From an uncultured bacterium (GTDB lineage: Bacteria; Verrucomicrobiota; Verrucomicrobiia; Limisphaerales; UBA8199), in assembly GCA_963749495.1 (NCBI GenBank), contig CAVVMW010000006.1, forward strand, positions 800,001-864,000: a stretch of 64,000 bases of DNA, in the 5' to 3' direction. Made by a program: the position numbers and the translations under genes. The notes beneath the pieces are model-generated. The model made no database searches. It was given only the letters and a program-made list of their open reading frames with translations, and was not told the origin of the DNA. How positions within the stretch are numbered: the stretch's first letter is position 1; each line of letters starts with the position of its first letter. This document shows positions 20,640 to 30,006 of this stretch, in pieces.

Positions 20640-21905
20640 TCACAGTCCCAGTTTCTTCACGACCGCCTCGGTCTTTTCCAGATCGTAGCCGAACCACCCA
20701 TCCACGATCTTTCCATCTCGGCCAATGACGTAAGTCATCGGATCAGCCCCCAGATCGGGCAGAGCCAGATACCGGTTCATCGCCTCCCTCGCCGCCGGTG
20801 AAATGTCGAGAATGATCGGAAACGTCACCTTGTTTTCCTTGAGATAATCCAGGGCGATCTTGCGACTATCCGCCACGTTCACTCCCAGGACGACCAGTCC
20901 TTTGTCATGATACCTCTCGTACAACTTCTGGAGACTCCCTGTCTCCTCCCGGCAGGCCGGTCAGCCACACCGCCACTTGTTGAGCCAGACAATCTGGCCT
21001 CGAAAGCTGGACAGCTTGAGCTTGCCCCCGTTCAGCGCAGCCAATTCGAAGTCCGGGGCCGTTGTGCCAGGTTTCAGAAGACTCTCCTCGATGTCTGGCA
21101 TCTTCCACTCCTTCCAGTCCTTGGGCGGAGACCAGGCGAACCGGTCATTTGACATCTTCGCATCCACCGCCACGTCCAACCACGATTCTTCCCAAACAGC
21201 TTCCCTATCCAAGACCCGAAGCACCTCCTTCAACTTGCGTGGCAGCCGGTCTTTCCTTGCCAGCCATAGCTCATAACTCCGCTGATGCTTCATGATGCTC
21301 ACCTCGATCCCATCGCACACTTCACCCCCGATGGTGTTCGTGCTCAGGCTGCGGACTCCATCAATGTAGGCCTGGAGCGAATCGGTATATCCATGAAATG
21401 TGCTCGGCTCGAGGATCATCATCAGCCCCAGGTGGGCGACCTCGTGCCAAATCGAGTGCCTCCCCACAGGTGTGCGTACCTTCATGAAAAACTTCTTCTG
21501 ATACTTTTCGTAGTCCTCGGCATACTTGCCGCTCCGTTCCCAGCCGTAGCGATACTTGCCCTCCGGCCAGTATAGCCAGAAGTAATCGCCATCGCCGACG
21601 AGGATGCCGCCGGGTTCCTTCTTGCCGATGCGTGTTATCTCGACTCGGGCGTAGTTGGGCTTCTTGAGCCAGACCCGATAGGTGAGAGACGTAAAAGACC
21701 GCCCTTGATACTGCATCCCATGCTCGCCGGTCCATGACAAGGTCGTCGCCTTACGCATTGCCTGGATCATCTCCCGGTAGAGCTGGTGTGCCGCCGGGTC
21801 GTCCTGAAACACAGCCTCAACCGTATTCGTCTGCTGCGGCCAGGCACGAAGAACACTGAAGCAAAGCGCCACCGCGAGCCCCAGCTTCATCCATACGTTT
21901 TTCAT
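20640..21905 (-). CDS. Secreted LolA-like plus TlpA/redoxin selenoprotein (in-frame TGA 20961-20963 in UPAC)
   Basis: Signal peptide, then APDFELAALNGGKLKLSSFRGQIVWLNKWRCG-TGA-PACREE..LYERYHDKGLVVLGVN, all in one frame. Confidence 0.8.
20930..20946 (-). promoter_or_regulatory. Putative bacterial SECIS hairpin
   Basis: GGAGAC-AGGGA-GTCTCC begins 14 nt after the in-frame TGA and has a G-rich loop. Confidence 0.6.
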
Positions 21906-22152
21906 GGCATCCCGGCCGGTTTCGAGAAGTGTGTTTTCACGACAAACCATAGTTGAACCTGCACTTCCTGACTGAACTTTGGCCAGCAGAATACATCGTG
22001 AGGGACCTGTCAAGCCCCATTCTTCAGAAATCCCTGCCGGATTCCCCAGAGCCACGTCCTCGGATGACCGGCCACAGCCACCCAACCTTCCAGTGGTCCC
22101 CATTTCCCGCATTCGATATCCACCTCAACCCCAACAGAAAGGAAAAGCACAC

Positions 22153-23787
22153 ATGAAGTCTGAAATCACATTGGCCGCGTCGGAGCTGAAAGAAGCTCTG
22201 CCCGGCCTCGCCAAGATCATCGGCCGGTCCAGAACCCTGCCGGTGCTCCAAACCGTTCGCATCAACCGCAACAAGGAGGGCGTCGTCACCCTCCACGCCA
22301 CCGACCTGGATTCCTTCGTCACCTACACCGCCAAGGGAACGCAACAGGGCCCGGCCGAGGAAGTTCTGGTCCCTGTGGATCAGCTCACGAAGGCCATGAA
22401 ATGCTCCTCCCCCAAAGAGGACATCGGCATCGTCCAGGAGTCCAAAGAGAAGGTGAAGCTGCGGTACAACATCGCCGGCAACCTGGTCGAGCAAACCATC
22501 ACCACCTTGCCTGTGGACGATTATCCTCCGGTTCCTCGCATCAGGCAACCCGGCGTTCAACTAGAGCCGGGGTTTGGCCAGGCATTGAAGGAGGCCCTCC
22601 AGTGTTGCAGTGACGATTACACTCGGCACATCCTCAATGGGGCTTGCCTCGACGTGACCGACAAAAAATTCCATCACATCGTCGGCACCAATGGCAGGAT
22701 GTTGTTCTCGGCAAACTCCTTCTGCTTCACGTTGGAGAAGTCCGTGGTCATCCCGGACTCAAAGTTCCTCTCGTGGAGCGATTTCCTGGACGAGCAGCCG
22801 GCCTTTCTGAGCGTGGAGCCGGGGCTGGAGGCGAAGGAGGCCAAAGATGGAAAGCCGGCAGTGGAAGCAGCGCCGGGTTGGGTGAGGCTCGAATCTCCTC
22901 GGTGGACCTTCATCGCCAGGGAAATCGAAGGCACGTTTCCGACTTGGAGACAATGCATGCCGACCCCGAACAGCAAATGGACTGAGGTCTTGTTGAGCGA
23001 GGAGGCCATCAAACAGCTCATTCAGGTCGTCCCCAATCTGCCCGGCGCCGATCTCCCCAACTGCACGATTCGGTTGCGGGTCGAGCGTTATCTCTTCGTT
23101 GAGGGGCAGAACAAAGATGACCAGGTATGGACCAGCGTTCCGGTGCAGTCCGTCAAGGTCACTGGCAACCCGGTCACCATCGCCCTCAACCGCGAGTACC
23201 TGCTCAAGGCCCTGCGCTTCGGGTTGAACAAACTCGAAATCGAAGACTCCCTGACGCCGATGATCCTCTCAAAGGGCGGCAAGAAACTGGTCATCAGCCC
23301 TCTCAACCTGGATGGAGGCACAGTCGCCGTCGCCAAGCCTGCACAGCCAACCGCAGAAGCCACAACGCCGCCGTCGAATCAAACCGCGCCCCAGGAACAA
23401 CCAGGGTCGCCAACCCAAGAAAGGACTGAAATGCCCAAGAAGAACACCACAACCGAAGCTGCCGAGAGCCAGGGAAGGCAGGAAAACACCGCCAAGGAGA
23501 CCACCATCAGCACTACGGCCACCACGGTCGCCAAGGAATCCGAGGCCAATACTGCCAACGCCAACGCCAACGGCAGCACCGCGGCCACAACCAACGGCAG
23601 CACCTCGGCCATCAAGTCCCTGGTCGAGCAGGTGGACCAGATCAAGGACAACCTCAGGGCCGCCATTCGGGATCTGTCCAACATAGTCGACACCGTGAAG
23701 GCCGCTGAGAAGGAGAAGAAGACCACGGAGAAGGAGATCGAAGCCGTCCGTGCCAAGCTGCGCCAGATCCAGAACGTGAGCATCTGA
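22153..23787 (+). CDS. dnaN: Element-encoded DNA polymerase III beta clamp homolog with C-terminal low-complexity/coiled-coil extension
   Basis: RTLPVLQTV, LHATDLD, DDYPP, TRHILNG, VGTNGR, IEGTFPTWR, IALNREYLLKAL. Confidence 0.82.
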   Translation: MKSEITLAASELKEALPGLAKIIGRSRTLPVLQTVRINRNKEGVVTLHATDLDSFVTYTAKGTQQGPAEEVLVPVDQLTKAMKCSSPKEDIGIVQESKEKVKLRYNIAGNLVEQTITTLPVDDYPPVPRIRQPGVQLEPGFGQALKEALQCCSDDYTRHILNGACLDVTDKKFHHIVGTNGRMLFSANSFCFTLEKSVVIPDSKFLSWSDFLDEQPAFLSVEPGLEAKEAKDGKPAVEAAPGWVRLESPRWTFIAREIEGTFPTWRQCMPTPNSKWTEVLLSEEAIKQLIQVVPNLPGADLPNCTIRLRVERYLFVEGQNKDDQVWTSVPVQSVKVTGNPVTIALNREYLLKALRFGLNKLEIEDSLTPMILSKGGKKLVISPLNLDGGTVAVAKPAQPTAEATTPPSNQTAPQEQPGSPTQERTEMPKKNTTTEAAESQGRQENTAKETTISTTATTVAKESEANTANANANGSTAATTNGSTSAIKSLVEQVDQIKDNLRAAIRDLSNIVDTVKAAEKEKKTTEKEIEAVRAKLRQIQNVSI

Positions 23788-23808
23788 GTCCGGGCAGAGC
23801 AGTCAACC

Positions 23809-23841
23809 AGAGCCAGGCATCTTCAACGGGTGCCTGGCTCT
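23809..23841 (+). terminator. Hairpin E of intergenic family
   Basis: AGAGCCAGGCATC-TTCAAC-GGGTGCCTGGCTCT followed by TTT. Confidence 0.65.
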
Positions 23842-23870
23842 TTTCGTGTCACTTCACCCGCAACCTCAAA

Positions 23871-24077
23871 ATGGAGAAAGACCAAACTGTCAAAAACATC
23901 TGTTTCGCCGTGGCCGCTCTGATCGCCATCTACGTGTTCTTCGCATTGCTTCCCTACCTGGTGATTTTCCTGGCTCTGTGTGGAGCCTGGTATCTGTTCC
24001 AGGAGCACGAGAGGAGCAAACGGAACAATCACCACAACTGCCACCGTCGCCATCACCGGCACTGGCACTGGCACTGA
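23871..24077 (+). CDS. Small membrane protein with His-rich tail
   Basis: Long hydrophobic stretch followed by NNHHNCHRRHHRHWHWH. Confidence 0.55.
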   Translation: MEKDQTVKNICFAVAALIAIYVFFALLPYLVIFLALCGAWYLFQEHERSKRNNHHNCHRRHHRHWHWH

Positions 24078-24132
24078 CCACGGCACCCTCAACAACCGCA
24101 ACTTCAACCGCAACAAAAGGAATCAATCGAAA

Positions 24133-25153
24133 ATGGACAACAACAACGACAACAACGGCCTTCTCTCCATACTCACCAGGGAAGGCGTGCTCTTGAAGGT
24201 GAGTGTTTCATATTGGCGCGGTCACAAGAAGCTGCGCCCGGAAGACATCGGGCTGGAACGGAAGAACCTCTCTGACCGCCTCATCAGCCTGGGCCACAAA
24301 CGCCTGCTGCCCAAAGATGCGCTCGCTTCGCTGGCACTCATCGAAGGCCGTGCTCATGCCCTGGTGGAATCGAACACATTTCCCTTCCTGAACGGCCTGG
24401 GTCACTTCCTGCCCAACTCGAAGCTGGCAGAGGTGACCCGAAAGCTGAATGAACTGCAAACCGAGTTCTGGGCGGTGAAGAAAGCCTTCCTGGAAAAGTA
24501 CTCCTCTCTTCGTCAAAGTGCGTCGAAGGAGTGGAGGAAGATGGCCGAGAAGCTGGTGAAAGACCCGGATCAACTCGTGGCCACCATCGAAGCCTCCTTC
24601 CCGTATGCAGGCCAAATGGACAGGTACTACGGCTTCGACATCCAGCTCTTCCAGATCGCCCTCCCTCAACACATGGCCGCTGAACTGGTCTCCGCCTCCG
24701 AACAGCAGGCGGTAATTGAAGCCAGACAGAGAGCAGCGCAAGAGGCCGGCCAGAGAATCCGCTCAGGGGTGGAATCGTTCGTGGCTGATTGTGTTGCGTC
24801 ATTGAGGGAGCAGACAGCCCAACTCTGTGAGGACATGCTTTCGAGCATCAACGGGTCTGAAACCGGAGTCCACCAGAAAACCCTCAATCGCCTGGTCCGG
24901 TTCATCGATCAGTTCAAATCCATGAACTTCGTCAATGACCGAGTGATGGAGCAGCAGTTGGAGGGCGTGAAGAAGGAGCTGCTCTCCAAGACGGCCGAAG
25001 AGTACCCGGGATTCTGCTGTGGCCAGGGCTCGACTCAAAAACGGGCTCTCTCAACTGGCGAACCAAGCTCGAACTCTTGCTCACCAGGACGCCACTGAGT
25101 GGGTCAATCGGTTTGGTGAGCTTGGGAGGAGGAAATTCAATCTGGCTGCATGA
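24133..25153 (+). CDS. DUF3150-like protein (frameshifts near the 3' end)
   Basis: VSVSYWRGHKKL.PEDIGL..LISLGHKRLLP..TFPFL.G. The tail (RKFNLAA) overlaps the next ATG. Confidence 0.7.
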
Positions 25154-25404
25154 AAGCAAATCAACTCGTCCAGAAGCTCGGCCAAAAGCTCCTCGGGCAG
25201 AAAGTCAACACGCCTGCACTTGGTGAATATCCAGGGGGTGTGGCGACCGTGATTCAACTAGCGCCAGATGAGAATGCGCCTGAGATCGCCTTCCAGGTCA
25301 GCTTGCCTCATTACGGAGACATCGGAGTATTTGAAACCGAGGACGTTTCGTTGCTGGTGGACAAATTCACTCCGCCCAAACTCCATGAAAACTGGCGAAA
25401 CTGA
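25150..25404 (+). CDS. Hypothetical protein
   Basis: ATGA overlap with the upstream gene; beta-rich small ORF. Confidence 0.55.
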   Translation: MKANQLVQKLGQKLLGQKVNTPALGEYPGGVATVIQLAPDENAPEIAFQVSLPHYGDIGVFETEDVSLLVDKFTPPKLHENWRN

Positions 25405-25642
25405 CAACAGCGAAGCGGGCCGTTTTGTATGGAGACGCTGCAATGCTGGCTGGTGGGACCTCATACGTGGTGGTCAATATGCGGGCTGGAGTGTTGCCCA
25501 GCAGTGTCGAGTTCGCTGGGTGAGAGGACGCCCATGCCAATACGACTGCGGCTGGTACGTCTTCAACGACAGCACCGACCAGATGATTGGCCCGTTCAAA
25601 ACACCCACGGCGGCGAGGGGTTCCTGCCCGCTCCTGGGATAA
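25385..25642 (+). CDS. Trp-rich hypothetical protein
   Basis: Overlaps the previous stop; GWY..IGPFKT motif. Confidence 0.45.
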   Translation: MKTGETDNSEAGRFVWRRCNAGWWDLIRGGQYAGWSVAQQCRVRWVRGRPCQYDCGWYVFNDSTDQMIGPFKTPTAARGSCPLLG

Positions 25643-25650
25643 ACCAAAGC

Positions 25651-25711
25651 AATCAAGGGGATGGGGACTGGGCTGGACTGTCGCAGGTTCAGCCCGGTTC
25701 CATCTCCAATC
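25651..25711 (+). repeat. Long hairpin direct repeat F
   Basis: AATCAAGGGGATGGGGACTGGGCTGGACTGTCGCAGGTTCAGCCCGGTTCCATCTCC; homolog at 26213. Confidence 0.8.
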
Positions 25712-25740
25712 TTCACACTTCACGAAAGGAAAACGAGAAC

Positions 25741-26193
25741 ATGGCCGACTACTTCACCAACTTCAGCGTGGTCATCAACTTGGCGACCGAAGCACAACAG
25801 GCGTATGCCCTTGCCCTGGCCCACAAAGCCCACCACGCTCAACAAGGCGAGGGATTGCCTGACGACATCCCCGAGATCCTAAAGGACGCAATCGAGGACT
25901 GGCAGTTCGAGACGGAGCCTGACGGTTCTGCCACGACACACGGGATTTGGCTGCACTCCATGTATGGCGGCGTGGATGCCGTGTGCGCCTTCATCCAACA
26001 TCTGCTCCAGAAGTTCGAGCCGCAAGGCCGCGTGACCTTCGAGTGGTCGCACGACTGCTCCAAACCACGCACGGATGCTTATGGAGGTGGAGCCGCCGTC
26101 ATCACCGCCCAGGAGATCAAGACGATGAACACTGCGGACTGGTTGAACGAGCAAATCGCCCGGCTGCCAGCTTTGAAATCACCCGCACCATAA
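25741..26193 (+). CDS. Hypothetical protein
   Basis: SD AAAGGA; MADYFTNFS..FEWSHDCSKPRTDAYGGGAAVITA. Confidence 0.7.
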   Translation: MADYFTNFSVVINLATEAQQAYALALAHKAHHAQQGEGLPDDIPEILKDAIEDWQFETEPDGSATTHGIWLHSMYGGVDAVCAFIQHLLQKFEPQGRVTFEWSHDCSKPRTDAYGGGAAVITAQEIKTMNTADWLNEQIARLPALKSPAP

Positions 26194-26212
26194 GCCGTAA
26201 ACCACAAACAAC

Positions 26213-26274
26213 AATCAAAGGGATGGGGACTGGGCTGGGCTGTCGAAGGCTCGGCCTAGTTCCTGTCCCTGATC
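26213..26274 (+). repeat. Long hairpin direct repeat G
   Basis: AATCAAAGGGATGGGGACTGGGCTGGGCTGTCGAAGGCTCGGCCTAGTTCCTGTCCCTGATC. Confidence 0.8.
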
Positions 26275-26304
26275 AGTTTACGCTTCATTGACCGTTCGCA
26301 AGCT

Positions 26305-26673
26305 TCAGAATCCACTCTCCATCCGGCATCCCCTTCCAATCAGAAGGCACAACAAGAGAATCCCAACCGGCACGGCCCCAACGGTTATACCGGCTAACGC
26401 TGGATACTTCGGCTGCTCTCTGCGGCGAAGTCCGATGATCCCAGCCAGCACGCCGAGGACCGAGACCACGACACAGAGCAACAGGCCTAGAATGGCAGGG
26501 ACGAAATTCTCATGTGGGCCGGTGGCGACGATCCCGCCAGCAGCGAGCGGGCTGGCGACAGAGAGCCCGAGCGAGGTCCAGCCAAGAAATGGCCTTACCC
26601 GCTTTTCCTCCTCAGCCAGGCCTCGCATATCAAAAGAGGCTTGCCTGTTCTCGCATGGCTTTTCGTGTTTCAT
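26305..26673 (-). CDS. Small membrane protein (about 3 TM segments)
   Basis: Three hydrophobic segments, GL.R.E..KYPALAG. Confidence 0.55.
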   Translation of the reverse strand: MKHEKPCENRQASFDMRGLAEEEKRVRPFLGWTSLGLSVASPLAAGGIVATGPHENFVPAILGLLLCVVVSVLGVLAGIIGLRRREQPKYPALAGITVGAVPVGILLLCLLIGRGCRMESGF

Positions 26674-26802
26674 GCTCCAAGCATATCCCAGAGCCATTTA
26701 TGCCCGTAATTGATAATACTGATGCCTGCATTGCTTTTGTCAATCATTTCGTTCCATCCGTCTGAACGTTCAGGAATGTGGAACATCAACCAAAAACCTA
26801 AA

Positions 26803-27180
26803 ATGAGTCACTTCACCGAAATCAAGACACAGATAAAAGACATCGAGGCCCTGCGCTTAGCCGTTCAGGAGATGGGGTTGACCCTCCTCCAGAACGCCGG
26901 AGCCAGGGGTTATTACGAGAACAAAACCAAAGGCGACTTCGTAATCCGGCTCAAAGGCCCGTACGACATCGCCCTGAACAAGCAACCAGACGGCAGCTAC
27001 GCTCTGACTGCTGATCTTTGGCAGGGGCACGTCGAAAAGGAGGTTGGCCAGAAATACGGCAAACTCCTCCAGCTCTACGGCGTCCACAAGGCCAGCATCG
27101 AAGCCAGAAAAAAGGGGTTGTCTGTTCTTCGAAGGCCACAACAAAACGGCGCCATCAAACTCGTGCTCATGGGGGTATAA
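26803..27180 (+). CDS. DUF1257 (Ycf35-like) protein
   Basis: MSHFTEIKTQIKDIEALRLA..YDIAL..DGSY.LTADLW. Confidence 0.85.
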   Translation: MSHFTEIKTQIKDIEALRLAVQEMGLTLLQNAGARGYYENKTKGDFVIRLKGPYDIALNKQPDGSYALTADLWQGHVEKEVGQKYGKLLQLYGVHKASIEARKKGLSVLRRPQQNGAIKLVLMGV

Positions 27181-27375
27181 ATGACAAAGACCATCGAAAT
27201 CACCATCGGGACCACAGGCGAAATCCAAATTGACGCCGTTGGGTTCAAGGGGCCTGACTGCGAAAAGGCGACCAAGTTCCTGGAAGAGGCGCTTGGAGTG
27301 GTGGGGAAAAAGGTCAAGAAGCCCGAGTACCACCAGCGCAGCAACAGGACAACCCAACAGAAACTCGGAACATGA
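27181..27375 (+). CDS. DUF2997 protein
   Basis: IEITI..GEIQIDAVGFKGPDCEKATKFLEEALG..KPEY. Confidence 0.85.
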   Translation: MTKTIEITIGTTGEIQIDAVGFKGPDCEKATKFLEEALGVVGKKVKKPEYHQRSNRTTQQKLGT

Positions 27376-27676
27376 ACACGAAACCAGCTGCCGACATTTT
27401 GCATGGTGGGGTGTTCAAACCGCCATCGAACCAGCCAAGCCCGAGCCCAGAACCGCAAGAGATTCGTTGCTGTTGGACGCGCTGTAAACGGAAAGCGGTC
27501 TCCTGGAACCCGATCTTTGGAAAAGTCTGCTCTAAACACGCTCCCTTGGCTGGCGCGTCCAGCAAAAAACGAAATCGGCGATTGCGTACAGATGCAAAGG
27601 GTGGGTTTCAACAAAGTGGGCGAGAGCGATGGGCCGACCCGTTGAACCGCTCGTGGATTCAAACTCTAAACCCAAT

Positions 27677-28009
27677 ATGGCAAAGAAAGCACACAATCGA
27701 TCGGTTTTCACACCGGCACTGAAACGCGCGGAGAATGACCTGTTGAAGTACCTGGAATCGTCCTGCTACCTGGTCGTTTCACATGACGGCTATTGGGGCA
27801 GGGCAGAGACGGTTGAAAAAGGTGCCCGGAACTGTCTGAAGCAGGGGGCGTCTCGAAAAGGAACCGCCTCCGTGCTCCTGGTTCTGGGGGATGAAACCGC
27901 GGAGATCAACGAAGCCGGGTACATCATCCGGGATGCAGGCTCTCACAGCGTCACGGTAATTGAACAGATCAAACTCGGTTCACTCGTCAAGAACATCAGA
28001 AAACCCTGA
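27677..28009 (+). CDS. Hypothetical protein
   Basis: Coding-like ORF in the co-directional run. Confidence 0.5.
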   Translation: MAKKAHNRSVFTPALKRAENDLLKYLESSCYLVVSHDGYWGRAETVEKGARNCLKQGASRKGTASVLLVLGDETAEINEAGYIIRDAGSHSVTVIEQIKLGSLVKNIRKP

Positions 28010-28064
28010 ACGGATTCCGCCTTTGATCAACCGCAACCGAAAGCAGCAGACACAATCACACAAT

Positions 28065-28328
28065 ATGCAATCGATCAGAACCCCGGACTGCTGGCTCAAT
28101 GCGTCCGCGTCTCGCAGCTTCGCCCAGTTCGGCGGCACGCTGGGCTGGTATTCGCGGCCCACGCAACTGCCCAAAGAAGCCCGGCGCATCTCTCCGTCCA
28201 GGCTGCCGCTGTGCATCCGGACCTGTGTTGACCTGAAACATGTCGTCCACATTCACAAGCTGCGCTGCGGAGATCGGCCCCACTATTACTTCACCGACAC
28301 GGACGGAGACATCCAGCACATGGCCTGA
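28065..28328 (+). CDS. Hypothetical protein
   Basis: A/C-rich leader like the neighbouring genes. Confidence 0.4.
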   Translation: MQSIRTPDCWLNASASRSFAQFGGTLGWYSRPTQLPKEARRISPSRLPLCIRTCVDLKHVVHIHKLRCGDRPHYYFTDTDGDIQHMA

Positions 28329-28369
28329 TTCAGGCCGATACAACAACGACGAAAGGAGAAAGAACAAAA

Positions 28370-29136
28370 ATGGGCTTAACCATTCACTACTCATTGAAAG
28401 CCAGGGGCAGTGACGCCCGGGCTAGAAAACTCATCCAGACACTGCACCAGAGCGCCCAGGACTTGCCCTTCAAGGAATTGGGCCAGGTCGTGGAACTCTT
28501 TGGCGAGCAGTGTGATTTCAACAAGTGCGATCAGGAAGACCCGCTGCGTTGGCTTCTAATTCAGGCCACAGGCAGCGTGGATCTTAGCCATAACTGTTCT
28601 ACCGACGTGCTGCCGGCTCGGGTCATCGCCTTTACCGCTTGGCCAGGTGAGGGTTGCGAGGAGTCCAACTTCGGTTTGTGCAAGTACCCGGCCGCCATTG
28701 AAACATCCAGGGGACCACTGAAAACAAAGCTGTCCGGCTGGCACTGGAGTTCATTCTGCAAGACCCAGTACGCCAGCGATCCAAACTGCGGTGGTGTGCC
28801 CAACTTCCTGCAATGTCACCTGAGCATTATTGCCTTGCTCGACAAGGCCAAAGAGCTGGGCTGCCTGGCGGAGGTGAATGACGAGGGCGGCTTCTGGGAA
28901 CAACGCGATCTTCAGGCGCTGGTTCAACAGATTGGCTCTTGGAATGAAATGGTTGCCGCGTTCGGTGGAAGGTTAAAAGACCGGACCGAGGGCGGCCCGC
29001 TTGAGGTCGAGTCGGCCATTTCCCGATACCCGGACTTCGAGCAACTGGAAGCCGCTGGCCAACACAAACTGCCGCCTGGATATGAGAAGCTCGCCAGGCT
29101 CATTGGGCACGTTGGACGGGAGGTGCCCGCAACATG
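28370..29136 (+). CDS. Hypothetical protein; 3' end runs into the IS21 terminus
   Basis: SD AAAGGAG; MGLTIHY, WPGEGCE, WSSFCKTQYAS, VNDEGGFW. The ORF continues into the IS to 29329. Confidence 0.7.
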
Positions 29137-29265
29137 TGTCAGCGGCGGCGGGAACGCGGATGAAAAGCGCCGGTTCCAAAATCTGAGCGGGCGGAGGGTC
29201 GAAAAGCAAACAACCGGCAGCTTCTGCTGCCGGTTTTGCGACGGAACTGATAGTGGAGAACCGGA

Positions 29266-30006
29266 TCACGTTTGGATTTGGTCTTTCATGCGAAAGCTGG
29301 TGCCTTCGACGACAACCGTCTCGGCGTGATGGAGGAGCCGATCCAGGACGGCGGAGGCCAGCGTGGCGTCATTGTTGAAGATGCTGGCCCACTGTTTGAA
29401 GGGTTTGTTGGTAGTCACCACGATGGAACCGCGCTCGTAGCGCTGGCTGATAACCTGGAAGAGCAGGTCGGCGCCATGCTGGTCGATGGGCAGGTAGCCG
29501 ATCTCATCCAAGATCAACAGCCGGGGACGGAGGTATTTGCGGAGTTCACTTTTGAGGCGGCTGCTTTTCTGGGCGGCGCTGAGTTGGTTGATGACATTGA
29601 TGGCGTTGGCAAAGAGAACCGAGTGGCCCTCCAGACAGGCCGCGTAGCCGAGGGCGGTGGCCAAGTGGGTCTTGCCCAAGCCAACGTTGCCCAGGAAGAT
29701 GGCGTTGGCGTTCTGTTCCAGGAACTGCAGGCGAAAGAGGTTCTGCACCTGGAGCCGATTGATTTTCTTAAGCCAATCCCACTGGAACTGTTCGAGGGTC
29801 TTGATGACCGGAAAGCGCGCGGCCTTCACGTGCAGGGCCACGGCGCGCTCCCGGCGCTGCTGGTATTGGCCGTCGATGAGCCGGGCCAGGTATTCGGCGT
29901 GAGTCCAGGGCTGCCGGGCAGCCTGCTGGGCCAGGTCGTCGTATTGCGCCTTCAGGAAAGGCAGTTTGAGGTAGTCGAGTTGCTGAGCCAGGAGGGAGGG
30001 GTTCAT
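29266..30006 (-). CDS. istB: IS21 helper ATPase IstB
   Basis: ARFP..KTLEQF, GNVGLGKTHLA, LLILDEIGYLP, QRYERGS, LDRLLHH, SFR. Confidence 0.95.
   Translation of the reverse strand: MNPSLLAQQLDYLKLPFLKAQYDDLAQQAARQPWTHAEYLARLIDGQYQQRRERAVALHVKAARFPVIKTLEQFQWDWLKKINRLQVQNLFRLQFLEQNANAIFLGNVGLGKTHLATALGYAACLEGHSVLFANAINVINQLSAAQKSSRLKSELRKYLRPRLLILDEIGYLPIDQHGADLLFQVISQRYERGSIVVTTNKPFKQWASIFNNDATLASAVLDRLLHHAETVVVEGTSFRMKDQIQT

Noticed and set aside
14693..26274. Classical integron attC array
   Set aside because: No integron integrase and no consistent RYYYAAC/GTTRRRY ends recognised.
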